Shown: positions 27,682 to 38,449 of the stretch, in pieces | Layout of the letters: every line of letters begins with the position of its first letter | How positions within the stretch are numbered: the first letter of the stretch is position 1 | DNA from: an uncultured Gammaproteobacteria bacterium | GTDB taxonomy: Bacteria; Patescibacteriota; Microgenomatia; UBA8517 | Assembly: GCA_964627195.1 (NCBI GenBank) | Contig: CAZVJU010000003.1 | Coordinates: forward strand, 14,854 to 78,853 | Reading direction: 5' to 3' | Length of the DNA stretch: 64,000 nucleotides | The notes under the pieces: model-generated | Seen by the model: the letters and a program-made list of their open reading frames with translations, nothing else | Told to the model about the DNA's origin: nothing | Databases searched by the model: none | Position numbers and translations under genes: made by a program

Positions 27682-29193
27682 TCACTCCTGATGTGATTTG
27701 ATATAGAGGTAAAAGGGAAGAGAATCGGAGTCCAACTTCTTTAAGTTGGGTAGATTAGCCTGGTCTGATAATAATATTCCATCATTCGGTAAAGTTTCCT
27801 TTTGTTCGTCTATTACACCGGGTAGTTTGGGAAAATAGATTGCTCTTGCGAATAGTTCGGGGTCTTTAATGTTTACGCCATCCAATCGTGCTACTCTGGT
27901 AGACAAAAAAGGCTGCAATTGTCTTTCCTTTACCTTTAGGTAAAGCTCTTTATATGGCTTATTGTAATCTTCAAGATGGTAAAAGATGTGATAAGTATCT
28001 TTGGGGTAGATAAACATATAATACCGCCAGAAATCAAAGTAATTAATCGTTATTAAGAAAAATAAAATGAAGCCAGTGTATTTAAATAAGCGATTTTTGT
28101 TATCTAATATCATTTTGATCCCTAGTGTAAAAAATATTGAGTAGAAAGGGACCATATAAAGTAAGCGATGTGCAAAAAAGGTTGAACCCACAAAACCAAA
28201 CAGGAGAGGGGAAATAAGAAAAGTTATCCCAAGTAATCTTAAATAATCAGAACCATTCCTGAATGTTTGATATATGCCGATTGCAAATATGGGCAGAGTG
28301 GATAAAAGGAACATCCCATGGCGCAGGGTTGATTGGACCAATAATTTATCGCCGGTAATAAATAAAAACGAGATGTCAAAGCTGGCTAAATAATAATAAA
28401 AGAAACTATATAGTGAGCTAATATTAAAACTTACACGATTTAGTACGGCGCCTCCGTAATAGTGTTCTAATAATGGAATTACGGCAAAAAACGGGAGCGC
28501 GGTTAAGGTAAATGTAAAAAGCGGTACTAAAAACTTCTTTCTAGTTAGAGTTTTTAAAGAAAGTTTTTGAGCCGGCCGGTTGAGATAAGAAATGTAGCCA
28601 ATGCTAATTAAAATCCAAATAGCTACCAACGGTCTTATCCCACCGTATGCATAAAAACCAGTACCCAAACTGAGAGCTGCAAAGATTAAATATTTATTAT
28701 CAAAACTTCGTCTGTATTTGAATAAACTGATTAGCCAAAGCAAAACAAAAGTAACCACAATCATATGTTCATATGGTGTATGAGTTACGATCATTACTTC
28801 AGGAATAATTATAAAAGAGATTAAGGTTATAAATGCGGATTTTTTGTCAAATAAAAGCCTGGCAAAATATAAAGTCAGAAGGGCAGAAATAACCGTAATT
28901 ACTACAGTTGCCAAACGCAATACGTAAACAGAAGGACCGAAGAGTTTAAAAAGCAAGGCAACCAAATACTGCATATATGGCGGATACCAAGTTACATTAT
29001 TTGATCCGAGAATAAATAGTGGTAAAAATCGTCCATGCGCATCGCGTAAGTTTTGAGCTAGTAAAATGCCATTATAGCCGTATGATGCCTCGTCTTCAGT
29101 AATACCGTTTGGAGTATCGGCAAGTCGGAAGGAGAAGAAAATAAATAAGAAAATTATTAAAATGCCTATAGAAAGGAAGGTTTTCGGTTTCAT
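27682..29193 (-). CDS. GT-C membrane glycosyltransferase (ArnT/PMT-like)
   Basis: P.G...DEASYGYN, G..LP, multi-TM. Confidence 0.85.
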   Translation of the reverse strand: MKPKTFLSIGILIIFLFIFFSFRLADTPNGITEDEASYGYNGILLAQNLRDAHGRFLPLFILGSNNVTWYPPYMQYLVALLFKLFGPSVYVLRLATVVITVISALLTLYFARLLFDKKSAFITLISFIIIPEVMIVTHTPYEHMIVVTFVLLWLISLFKYRRSFDNKYLIFAALSLGTGFYAYGGIRPLVAIWILISIGYISYLNRPAQKLSLKTLTRKKFLVPLFTFTLTALPFFAVIPLLEHYYGGAVLNRVSFNISSLYSFFYYYLASFDISFLFITGDKLLVQSTLRHGMFLLSTLPIFAIGIYQTFRNGSDYLRLLGITFLISPLLFGFVGSTFFAHRLLYMVPFYSIFFTLGIKMILDNKNRLFKYTGFILFFLITINYFDFWRYYMFIYPKDTYHIFYHLEDYNKPYKELYLKVKERQLQPFLSTRVARLDGVNIKDPELFARAIYFPKLPGVIDEQKETLPNDGILLSDQANLPNLKKLDSDSLPFYLYIKSHQE

Positions 29194-29439
29194 TTTCGAA
29201 ACAGTTATAGTTACAAGTATACATATTCTAATGCTTTCTGTTTAGATATAATTTACAACTCTCCATACCATTTTTGCTCTAATTCAATGGCGTATATCTC
29301 TTTATATTATCAACATGATGTTTATATTATGATAATAGAGATAAAGTAATAATAATGATGGTCAAAGGTACTAAAAGGTACCTTTGACAACATTTTCCAT
29401 TACGAAGAAAGTTGCGAATTATAGGGCTGGATTGATATA

Positions 29440-30753
29440 ATGCTCTCCATGTTACCAAAACAAAGAGAACGAGCTCCACAGATACCAGAATTTGTACACA
29501 AAGAGGTATTGTCGAACGGACTTCGAGTATTGGTTCACGAGATGCCGTGGGCGCAATCTGTTTCCGCAAGGTTCTTGGTAAAAGCGGGGCCCCGATATGA
29601 AGACGAAGTTACGACTGGCTCTGCCCATTACTTGGAACATATGTTCTTTGAAGGTAGCCAAAAGTATCCCTCACGCAGAGAGCTTGATAGAGCAGTTGAG
29701 AGCAGGGGCGGTGACCATAGTGCATACACTGACAAAGAGTATGTCATGTACCAAGCGAAACTTCCTACTGAAAGCGCAGATTTTGCTTCAGAATTTGTAA
29801 GGGAACTTGTCTTCAATCCAGTAATGGCCGAGGAGGCAGTTGAGCGAGAAAAAGGAGTAATTAGTGCTGAACTGCGAAGGTCAATCGATACGCCAGCTCA
29901 ACATAGATGGAACTTGTTGCGTCAACATGTGTGGAGTGGGCATCCTTTAGGACATAATACTCTGGGAACTTTTGATTCAATAGAGCGAATCAGCCGTCAA
30001 GATTTGCTAGGTTATCATACAAGGTTCTACCGACCCAACAATGCAATTTTAGTTGTGGTTGGCAATATCACCACACCGAGAGCGATTGATTTGGTGGCTC
30101 GGGATTTTGGTAGCCTTACGGCATCAGGTGACCAACTTCCTTCAATTCCTGCACCGATACAATCTGTTGACTCCAGAGTGCTGGTTGAAGAAAGAGATAT
30201 AAAGCAAGCACATCTTCTATTGGCTTTTGCAACTGATGGTCACGGTGAAAGCAGTCCCGTACTACCACAGATTCAAGTACTTTCAAGAATGCTACGCAAT
30301 AACATTTTCCATAAATTCGTATACGATTTAGGGTTCTCCTATTCGGCGGGATGTTATCCGTGGCTAGTCAGTGATAGTGGAAATATGGTTATCACCGTCG
30401 AAGTAGCACCAGAAAATACAGACCAGGCGGTAACAAGAATGGTTCAGGAAGTGAACAGCTTGAAAGTTGATGAGGAATCCGTACAAGAAGCAAAAGCAGG
30501 GGTTGTCAGCGATACTATTTTGAATCTTGCTGACACAGATGTATATGCTCATTTCATTGGAAAACAGGAGTTGTATACAGGAGCAGTAAAATCACCAGAA
30601 CAAGTGAGGGCAGATATTCAATCAGTTTCAGTCGAAGACATTCAGAAAACGAAAAGAACTCTACTGACTCGAAATAATGCAGCCATGGTTGTTCTTGGCC
30701 CAGTGCCACAGGGTAAAGCAAAAGAACTAGATGACATGCTAGTTTTTGCATAA
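29440..30753 (+). CDS. M16 family zinc peptidase
   Basis: LSNGLRV, GSAHYLEHMFFEGS (HxxEH), EREKGVI..E. Confidence 0.92.
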   Translation: MLSMLPKQRERAPQIPEFVHKEVLSNGLRVLVHEMPWAQSVSARFLVKAGPRYEDEVTTGSAHYLEHMFFEGSQKYPSRRELDRAVESRGGDHSAYTDKEYVMYQAKLPTESADFASEFVRELVFNPVMAEEAVEREKGVISAELRRSIDTPAQHRWNLLRQHVWSGHPLGHNTLGTFDSIERISRQDLLGYHTRFYRPNNAILVVVGNITTPRAIDLVARDFGSLTASGDQLPSIPAPIQSVDSRVLVEERDIKQAHLLLAFATDGHGESSPVLPQIQVLSRMLRNNIFHKFVYDLGFSYSAGCYPWLVSDSGNMVITVEVAPENTDQAVTRMVQEVNSLKVDEESVQEAKAGVVSDTILNLADTDVYAHFIGKQELYTGAVKSPEQVRADIQSVSVEDIQKTKRTLLTRNNAAMVVLGPVPQGKAKELDDMLVFA

Positions 30754-30988
30754 CACTACAATAAGCTCGACTTCTTCAAGTACGAGTTTCAAAAAATATC
30801 TCGCAGACTTCTGAGCTGTTATATTGATTTTGGATGGCAGATTTTCAGGGTGGGTAGGGGCCACCTTGCAAAGGCTAATGCGGGTTGGGGTTGAATCGGA
30901 TATGAAAGTGTCTCAAGTTGTTCTTCGAAGTAGGTTGTGACATACTCAACCAATGCCAGCAACAAAGTCCAGATGTGTCTATCTACAG

Positions 30989-31094
30989 ATGTCACATTTT
31001 GAAATCGGACTAAAATGTGACATATGCTATAGAAATCACCACTAATATAGTCCTACTTCATAATGTGATTTCTATATATCACTCCTGGTGTGAT
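30989..31094. repeat. Cluster of three inverted repeats
   Basis: ATGTCACATTTT/AAAATGTGACAT; TATAGAAATCAC/GTGATTTCTATA; REP ATCACTCCTGGTGTGAT. Confidence 0.7.
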
Positions 31095-31149
31095 TAACTC
31101 TCGACCACCATCAATAGTAAAAATAATCATTTTATACTAAAATACCGTT

Positions 31150-31968
31150 GTGATTAGTGTTATCACACCATGTAAAAATATTGTTAGCGACGGCCGCGAA
31201 CCGTTTTTTAGAAAGATGTTTACTAGTCTGTTTAACCAGACCTATCGTGACTTCGAACATATTGTAATTGATGGAGCTTCAACAGATGGTACCTTAGATT
31301 TATTGCAAGAGTATAAACATAAACGATGTATCAATACCCTTGTCTCTAAGAAAGACAGAAATGTACACGAAGCCATGAATAGAGGAATTAGATTGGCACA
31401 GGGAAAATTCATCCATGTGATGAATTCAGATAACTATTTTCCTGATGAAAATTTTTTCTCTATCTCATTACAAGCGATAAAAGATAACCATGCCGATTTT
31501 ACTCACGCAGATAGAAGTATTGAAACTAGAGAAGGTAAATTCGTTGGAATAAAGCGAGGAGATGAACGCTCCGCGTTCTTCAGAATGCCTTTTAGATACC
31601 AAACTATGCTTATACGAAAAGGGGTGTATGACGAAATTGGCCCGTTTGATGAAAAATACGATATAGCAGCAGATTATAAGTTCATGCTGGAAATGCTACT
31701 TTCGGGAAAAAAGGGTCTTTATATTCCCAAAGTTTATATTTGTTCACTTGATGGAGGAATTACGTCAGACAGACCCAAAGTAATAAGAGAGGTTACCCAA
31801 GTATTATATGAATGCTACGGTAAACAATATGGGCTGACAAAAGATGATTGCCAGGATATCTATTTACGGAAAATATCTCCCGACTTGTTATCCAAAATTA
31901 ACGTACATATTCCAGATGAAAGAATAAAAGAATCTCTTAACTTCTGCTATGAATTATCACTTCACTAG
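31150..31968 (+). CDS. GT2 family glycosyltransferase
   Basis: ISVITP, IDGASTDGT, AMNRGI, MNSDN, AADY. Confidence 0.9.
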   Translation: MISVITPCKNIVSDGREPFFRKMFTSLFNQTYRDFEHIVIDGASTDGTLDLLQEYKHKRCINTLVSKKDRNVHEAMNRGIRLAQGKFIHVMNSDNYFPDENFFSISLQAIKDNHADFTHADRSIETREGKFVGIKRGDERSAFFRMPFRYQTMLIRKGVYDEIGPFDEKYDIAADYKFMLEMLLSGKKGLYIPKVYICSLDGGITSDRPKVIREVTQVLYECYGKQYGLTKDDCQDIYLRKISPDLLSKINVHIPDERIKESLNFCYELSLH

Positions 31969-32022
31969 GAATGAATTCGGAAACAGAATTAGCACAAAGG
32001 AAAAGAAAAGAAGAACAATGAC

Positions 32023-32114
32023 ATACTCCTCGCAGCAGAGCTGCGAAGGTATCTTACGATACAGTATGTCTTCTTGAATCTGCTCATCCTGCGCTGCAGA
32101 GCAACGAGGTATTC
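32023..32114. mobile_element. Palindromic MITE-like element family B
   Basis: CCTCGCAGCAGAGCTGCGAAGGTAT ... TCATCCTGCGCTGCAGAGCAACGAGGTATT; two related hairpins. Confidence 0.55.
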
Positions 32115-32133
32115 GCAGGTTCTAGAATAAAAA

Positions 32134-33159
32134 ATGGTTGCTACAGAGAAATTGCCTGCATTAAATGCCCCAGTTGAAAATTTTTCGCGTGGATTATTTC
32201 AAGCAGAAATTCCTGGATTGGGTAATCCTATTCGGGGTAAAGTACGTGATAACTGGATAATTAATAAGGGAAGTCAACAATTCAGGTTGATGGTGACAAC
32301 CGACCGTCAGTCTGCCTACGCCCGAACTGTTTGTACTGTTCCGGGCAAAGGACAGATTTCCAACCTCATTTCAGCATTTTGGTTTGAACATACCAAAGAT
32401 ATTATCCCAAATCATATGATAATGGTTCCTCATCTAAATATTCTTCTTGCAAGACAGGCAAAAGCTGTCGTTCCTGTTGAGGTTGTATTAAGAAGGTATT
32501 TGGCAAGAGGAATATCACCGACGTCGGTATATCACAATTATTTTAATCTAGGGAGAAGAGAGATTTATGGGATAAAGTTTCCTGATGATTTACGAGTTGA
32601 TCAGGAGTTTCCCATGGGAACAATACTCACGCCGACAACTAAAGCTAGAAACGGGCATGATCAAGAGTTAACGAATATTCAGGCGTGCGAGCTAGCAGAC
32701 GGTAACCTGAGAGATGGAACTTGGGATAAAGTAAAATCTTCAGCTTTTGAAATTTTTGAAAGGGCTAGAGCCTTCAGCCTAAGTAGAGGTCTAATTCTTG
32801 CGGATACAAAGATGGAATTTGGTCTTGATTCAGAGGACAATCTGATACTAATTGACGAAGTTCTTACTCCGGAATGTTCTCGATTTTGGCCTTGTAATAA
32901 ATACGCTGACCGATTTACCAGCGGAGAAAATCAGGATATTGACAAGGATGTATTGCTTAGATGGCTTATAAATAATGGGTTTGTTGGGGAAGGAGTAGTT
33001 CCCAAAATTCCAAGTGATGTAATTAATCAAATGGCTGAAATATACGAAGTTCCGTACAGGATGATTATGGGAAAAGATTTATTACCCTTAACTGATTCCA
33101 AATTGGTAAGTGAAGTTGCTTCCCAGTGTGTTTATAAGCTTCTTGAAGATAATAATTAA
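32134..33159 (+). CDS. purC: SAICAR synthase
   Basis: RGKVRD, TDRQSA, PVEVVLR.YL, TPTTK, LADTKMEFG, IDEVLTPECSRFW, DKD. Confidence 0.88.
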   Translation: MVATEKLPALNAPVENFSRGLFQAEIPGLGNPIRGKVRDNWIINKGSQQFRLMVTTDRQSAYARTVCTVPGKGQISNLISAFWFEHTKDIIPNHMIMVPHLNILLARQAKAVVPVEVVLRRYLARGISPTSVYHNYFNLGRREIYGIKFPDDLRVDQEFPMGTILTPTTKARNGHDQELTNIQACELADGNLRDGTWDKVKSSAFEIFERARAFSLSRGLILADTKMEFGLDSEDNLILIDEVLTPECSRFWPCNKYADRFTSGENQDIDKDVLLRWLINNGFVGEGVVPKIPSDVINQMAEIYEVPYRMIMGKDLLPLTDSKLVSEVASQCVYKLLEDNN

Positions 33160-33260
33160 CTCGCCCTGTGAGAGATAAGTTTTCCACACATAGTTGTGAA
33201 TTGGCTTGGCACAAGTTGAGTTTAAAGGTGAGGCTAAGCAGCAATATACCCCATAGTCGA

Positions 33261-33289
33261 TTGACTTATCGAATAGTGGGTAGTATAAT
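33261..33289 (+). promoter_or_regulatory. Sigma70 promoter upstream of DEAD-box helicase
   Basis: TTGACT-N17-TATAAT. Confidence 0.7.
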
Positions 33290-33566
33290 AATATTTGTTT
33301 GGCAGATTGAAGTGAGAAATCTGCTTAAATAGTAAGTTTTATTTCTAAGTTTTAAGATATATATATCCCCAGTTTAGTATTTAGTCAAAAAAGGATTTTT
33401 GTATATCTTCGCAATTTGCGCTGCGTATAGCGCACAAGCGGTAATATATAAAAGATACCTAAAGTATATTAATTATTTTGCTACCCGTATCTAATCTTTC
33501 CGCTACTTAACGTACATCTTTCATTTAGGCAGTTTTGTCACTTCAATTTGGTCACTCTAAAATCAT

Positions 33567-34763
33567 ATGTATAGAAAATTTAATCAAAGGTTTAGCCGGG
33601 GAAGAAATTTCTCCAATTTTAGGGCAAGTGCCGGGCGCGGAAACGGCAGAGGAAGAGTCAAATCCTTTGATCCCACAAACTTTATTAATACGCCTCAGGT
33701 TAAAAATGGCTTAAGTGACTATACGATATCCCACACTTTTAGCGATTTCCGGATTTCGGATACTCTAAAAGAAAATATTTCACGCAAAGGCTATAAAACT
33801 CCCACCCCAATTCAGGATCAGGCAATTAACCCCATCCTTGAGGGAAGGGATTTAATCGGCATCGCCAACACAGGAACCGGTAAAACCGCCGCATTTTTAA
33901 TTCCGCTTATTGATAAGGTTGCTAAGGATCGTAGGCAAAAAGTTTTAATAATTGCACCGACTCGTGAGTTAGCAACACAAATTAAGGATGAACTTATCGA
34001 TTTTTCGAGAAACGTCGGAATATACTCTGCTCTTTGCATCGGCGGAGCAAATATCAGAAGGCAGGTTTACGATCTATCCCGAAATCCGAATTTTGTAATC
34101 GGGACCCCCGGAAGACTGCTGGATTTGCTAAATACCCGCTCCCTCAACCTATCAACTTTTGCTACGGTTGTACTTGACGAAACGGACAGAATGGTTGATA
34201 TCGGATTTATCAAAGACATAAAGTACATTATCTCCCTGTTGCCAAAACCGCGCCAATCGCTTTTTTTCTCGGCGACGGTAAGTAGAGGGGTTAGAGAAAT
34301 TTTAGAAAGCTTTGTCCAAAATCCTGTCACAGTCTCTGTTAAAACCGGCGAAACAGCTGAAAATGTAAGCCAAGAGGTTGTTAAGGTGGGCAATCCCAAT
34401 GCAAAAATCGAGGAATTGCACAAGCTTCTTATAAAAAAAGAATATGAGAAGGTTCTCGTCTTCGGAAGAACAAAACATGGAGTTCAAAGGCTCTCAGATG
34501 AGCTTATCAAACGGGGCTTTAAGGCAGATGCGATTCACGGCAATAAAAGACAAAGCCAAAGGAATAGAACCTTGGAAAAATTCAAGGCTAACACTATTCA
34601 GATTCTTATCGCAACTGACGTTGCCTCAAGAGGCTTAGATATTCCGAATGTCAGTCATGTAATAAACTATGATTTACCCGAATCTTACGAGGCATATGTT
34701 CACAGGATCGGTCGAACAGGGCGGGCTGACAAGAGAGGGACTGCTCTCACTTTTATTGGGTAA
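33567..34763 (+). CDS. DEAD-box RNA helicase (RhlE-like)
   Basis: Q motif PTPIQ, GTGKT, PTRELA, DETD, SAT, HRIGRTGR. Confidence 0.95.
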   Translation: MYRKFNQRFSRGRNFSNFRASAGRGNGRGRVKSFDPTNFINTPQVKNGLSDYTISHTFSDFRISDTLKENISRKGYKTPTPIQDQAINPILEGRDLIGIANTGTGKTAAFLIPLIDKVAKDRRQKVLIIAPTRELATQIKDELIDFSRNVGIYSALCIGGANIRRQVYDLSRNPNFVIGTPGRLLDLLNTRSLNLSTFATVVLDETDRMVDIGFIKDIKYIISLLPKPRQSLFFSATVSRGVREILESFVQNPVTVSVKTGETAENVSQEVVKVGNPNAKIEELHKLLIKKEYEKVLVFGRTKHGVQRLSDELIKRGFKADAIHGNKRQSQRNRTLEKFKANTIQILIATDVASRGLDIPNVSHVINYDLPESYEAYVHRIGRTGRADKRGTALTFIG

Positions 34764-34778
34764 ACTCTGCCGGAGCCA

Positions 34779-35954
34779 ATGACTACAAGTATAACCACTT
34801 TTGACGTATTAGTTATCTACACCGAAAAACTTGCCATTAGTGCCAATTCTCCCTTAGAAGGTACTCCTGCACCATTCGCCAAAGAATCAGCTAACGCAAA
34901 TTACAATATTGTTTATGCCTACTTTCTCAAAACCTGCCGGAGATTTAATTTAAAAGCGGCCTTTGCAACCTCAGCCGATATAATCGGCGCCGGCTTAGTC
35001 AAAAGTTATTGGCTTTTTGATAATGGTACTTGGCTAAAAAGAGACAAGGTCGGTTTTTCTGAATTAATTTTTGATAAATTTTTTCCTACGAGTAAGAAAA
35101 TCAGAGTTAGTCGCAATTTACTTTTCTCTTCAAAAAAGGTGAAATCTTTTAGTAACCCCCACCTTTTTAATCTTTGTTTTGATAAACAAAAAACTTACAA
35201 TAAGCTCCGGAAATTTTCTATTCCCACGGTAACCATAAAAGGGGCAACCAGAAAAGGCGTTACTGAAGCCTACAAGACTCTTACCGAGAAAGTGGCTATT
35301 CATCCCCACAAAGACGATTTTTCCGACGAAATTATTATGAAAGACAGATTTGGAGCTGGTGGAAATAACGTCTACAAATTTAAAGCCAGTCAAAGACTTA
35401 AAATGATTGCGGTAATGAAAAAGCACAAAAAGAAATCGTTTATCGCTCAGCCGTTTGTAAAATTTAATAAAGGTTTCAGCTATAAAAACTCTCCAGTTTC
35501 GACTGATATCAGGATGATCTATTTCGGCAAAAAAATAGTTCAAACATATATAAGAATGGCTAAACCGGAAGAGTTTAGGTGTAATGAACATCAAGGGGGG
35601 CTTTTAAAATATTTACCAGTAAGGGAAATGCCTCCTAAGGTGGTGGCATTTTCAAATGATATTGCCAAAATTCTAAACGAGAGATCATCTTTTTTTACAC
35701 TTGACTTTATTATCAGCAATACCAGAAACGTTTATCTTCTCGAAGCAAATACCGGACCGGGGTTAGACTGGAATCTAAAAATCAAGGAAAACGAAATTGA
35801 AGCCAAGAAATTGATAAGACTTGTTGTCAAAGAATTAGCCAAAAGGGTTAAACTTCCAATCACTACTTCTAAAAATAAGGTTGAAAATATTAAAGTAGGT
35901 GTTCCGGGTGCTAGCGAATACACGGTAGTACCAAATCTGTTATCGCCACTTTGA
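34779..35954 (+). CDS. ATP-grasp domain protein (RimK/YheC-like)
   Basis: DKQKTY, KDRFGAGG, DIR, N.HQGG, LDFI...LEANTGPG. Confidence 0.75.
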   Translation: MTTSITTFDVLVIYTEKLAISANSPLEGTPAPFAKESANANYNIVYAYFLKTCRRFNLKAAFATSADIIGAGLVKSYWLFDNGTWLKRDKVGFSELIFDKFFPTSKKIRVSRNLLFSSKKVKSFSNPHLFNLCFDKQKTYNKLRKFSIPTVTIKGATRKGVTEAYKTLTEKVAIHPHKDDFSDEIIMKDRFGAGGNNVYKFKASQRLKMIAVMKKHKKKSFIAQPFVKFNKGFSYKNSPVSTDIRMIYFGKKIVQTYIRMAKPEEFRCNEHQGGLLKYLPVREMPPKVVAFSNDIAKILNERSSFFTLDFIISNTRNVYLLEANTGPGLDWNLKIKENEIEAKKLIRLVVKELAKRVKLPITTSKNKVENIKVGVPGASEYTVVPNLLSPL

Positions 35955-35993
35955 ACTGACTATTTTTAAGTTATTAACTTCTTTCGAAGAGAT

Positions 35994-37232
35994 CTAAAAA
36001 TAAATTTGAAATACTTTTAGGTAAGACAGAAGTAAATGCGGCATAAGATAACGGGTTTTCACCGACTCATGAGCCTTTTGCGAAATTGACTGCATTTTAT
36101 CCTGGTTGGCAAGAACATATACTATTTTTTCTGCAGCTTCCTCTACCGAGTTAACTAAAAATCCATTTTCGCCATCCTGAATCTGTAGTTGTATTCCTCC
36201 AACCCGTCCTCCGATAACAATAGCCCCTTTCCACATGGCTTCGGTTACCGTTAGTGCAAAGCCCTCTTTGATAGACTTTTGCAGAATAACATCTGAGGCA
36301 GTTTGAAATGCATCTACAAACCTATCGTTATCCTGCATATTAATGAAAAATAAAATACCTTCTTTACTTTTTGCATATGCTTTTACTTCCTCCGCAATTT
36401 GCACTCCTTCAGGATCATCGGATGCCATCTGAGCCACAAACGCTAGTTGCAAATTCGGAACCCGCGCTTTTGCCAGCTGACACGCATCTATCACCCCAAT
36501 AGGATCTTTCCAGGGATCAAGGCGGGAAACTTGGGTTACAAGCGGTTTTGTTACATCTACTCCTAAACTTGTGAGTAAAAGTTTTGCTTCGTCTTTAGTC
36601 ATCAACTTATTTTTAGGTGCAAAAGGATCTATAACCGGAGTTATCAAACTTACTTTCTCCCCAGCTATACCATCGTGGACAAAATCCTGCATAGTAAAGA
36701 TAAAACGATCAAACTTCTGCAAATAATCAAAAATAAAACTCCATACAGCTTCGTTGGGAGTCGAGGTATCAATATGACACCGCCAAATGACAAGTTTGGG
36801 CCGATTTTTCATAAAAGCCACTGCCGCTGCGGGTTGTGGATCATGAACAATAAGGACATCTGTTTCTATTTCATCCAAAAGTCTTGCACACACTTTGTTG
36901 TGCTCAAGATACAAGTGTTTTTCTTGAGGAGTTAAATCACCCGCTTTGCCTTGAAGGAAATTATGAATTTTTTTGGTTACTTCGAAAAAAGCCATATCCG
37001 GAGGAATAACATACCAGCCACAGGATAGACCAAGGTCCCGCCACAAGGGAACTTCGCTCGGCAGCATTTCGGCTACTCCGCCCCCTAGAGCAGTTGCGTT
37101 AACTTCTGCGATCTTTAAGTTTTTTGACTTTTGAGCTAGAGTGGTAAGTGACTCGACAACATCAGGAATAAGACTGTTGTAGTCTACCAATTTTTTCTCA
37201 GCAACAGATACTTCTTGTAATGCCAGCGACAT
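35994..37232 (-). CDS. GT4 glycosyltransferase, trehalose synthase TreT-like
   Basis: NATALGGGVAEML, VTKKIHNFLQG, HDPQP, WRCHID, SRLDPWKD, EGFALTVTEAMWK. Confidence 0.88.
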   Translation of the reverse strand: MSLALQEVSVAEKKLVDYNSLIPDVVESLTTLAQKSKNLKIAEVNATALGGGVAEMLPSEVPLWRDLGLSCGWYVIPPDMAFFEVTKKIHNFLQGKAGDLTPQEKHLYLEHNKVCARLLDEIETDVLIVHDPQPAAAVAFMKNRPKLVIWRCHIDTSTPNEAVWSFIFDYLQKFDRFIFTMQDFVHDGIAGEKVSLITPVIDPFAPKNKLMTKDEAKLLLTSLGVDVTKPLVTQVSRLDPWKDPIGVIDACQLAKARVPNLQLAFVAQMASDDPEGVQIAEEVKAYAKSKEGILFFINMQDNDRFVDAFQTASDVILQKSIKEGFALTVTEAMWKGAIVIGGRVGGIQLQIQDGENGFLVNSVEEAAEKIVYVLANQDKMQSISQKAHESVKTRYLMPHLLLSYLKVFQIYF

Positions 37233-37239
37233 ACGTGAT

Positions 37240-38358
37240 CTATTCTTCAGCCCAAACCCCTTTGAGGATATCTCGCGTGGTTTGCATCTCTTTGAGCGTC
37301 TTTTCACTAAGCTTTGCTCTCTCTTCAAATATTTCTATCACTTTTTGGTACGCAAGTTCATATTGCCTCGCCATGATTTTATAATTAAAAAGATTTCTCG
37401 CCCGCTCGGAAATATATCTTCTATCCATAGAAAAAAGTTGATCCATATGGTGGTAACCCTGAACAAAGTCTTCGACCAAAAGCCCTGTCCTACCCTCTTC
37501 AATAAGCTCAGGCATAGAGCCCTTTTCAATAGCCAGAGTCGGCGTACCACAGTATGCTGATTCCAAAACAGTTAAGCCAAAGGGTTCGCGAAAACCAGTT
37601 GGATGCAAATTTACCCGAGCGTTACTAATTAGTTCAATTTTTTCCTGCATACCGATTTCACCAAGGTTTTCAACAAGAGGATGCGCTAAATAGGGCTTAA
37701 TAACTTTTTCAAAATAGTCTTTGCCTTGGAAATCCAGTTTGCCGGCAATCTTAATTTTCATTCCAAGCCTTAGTGCCAATTCAATTGCAAGATGTGGATT
37801 TTTCTCCTGGTCATAGCGACCTATAAAACACAAATAATCCTGAGGTTTTTCAACAAAAGGAAATTCTTCGGGGTCAAGACCATTATAACAAACCCCAACG
37901 TACTGAAGATCAGGAAATCCTTCCTGCTGGTTTTCCGAAATAGAAGCGTAAAAAAGCCCTTCGCGCTTTTCAAAATATTTTAACTGCGAAAAAAGAAATG
38001 GACCATGAAGAGTCGTCAGATTTGGAAATTCCTGAAAGTCTATAAGATCATACGCGTTGGAATGAATTATGTCGACGTGAGGTAAAATAGCTCTTAATAT
38101 TTTCTTCATTCTTTTATGAATTTCAGCAACTCTCCTTTCTATCGTAATATTTTCCTCCACATCCTTGCCAAAGAAAGTATGTTTTTCACAAATGGGAATA
38201 AGTTTGCAGGGTACTTGAGAATCACCCGGTGCAAGTAAGGTCACTTCATGACCTCTTTCCATAAGTCCCTTGATAAGGAAATAAATCACACGCTCAGTAC
38301 CACCGTATTTTTGGGGAGGAACCTCAACATAAGGTTCCGCAAGCATAGCAATTTTCAT
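37240..38358 (-). CDS. GT4 glycosyltransferase
   Basis: VPPQKYGGTE, GR...EK, EPFGL..LES..CGTP. Confidence 0.92.
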   Translation of the reverse strand: MKIAMLAEPYVEVPPQKYGGTERVIYFLIKGLMERGHEVTLLAPGDSQVPCKLIPICEKHTFFGKDVEENITIERRVAEIHKRMKKILRAILPHVDIIHSNAYDLIDFQEFPNLTTLHGPFLFSQLKYFEKREGLFYASISENQQEGFPDLQYVGVCYNGLDPEEFPFVEKPQDYLCFIGRYDQEKNPHLAIELALRLGMKIKIAGKLDFQGKDYFEKVIKPYLAHPLVENLGEIGMQEKIELISNARVNLHPTGFREPFGLTVLESAYCGTPTLAIEKGSMPELIEEGRTGLLVEDFVQGYHHMDQLFSMDRRYISERARNLFNYKIMARQYELAYQKVIEIFEERAKLSEKTLKEMQTTRDILKGVWAEE

Positions 38359-38449
38359 ACATTAAAGCAGGCTTAATTTGAGATTATTACTTGTATATAA
38401 TACTACAAAGGTAATAATATTAGAAGCTATCCAAGCTACGAGAAGAATT

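Noticed and set aside
30735-30870. Short minus-strand frame PENLPSKINITAQKSARYFLKLVLEEVEL as a recombinase fragment
   Set aside because: Too short, with no diagnostic motif.
16664-33159. Prophage or ICE at tRNA-Gln
   Set aside because: No integrase, phage structural, replication or conjugation genes are recognisable.
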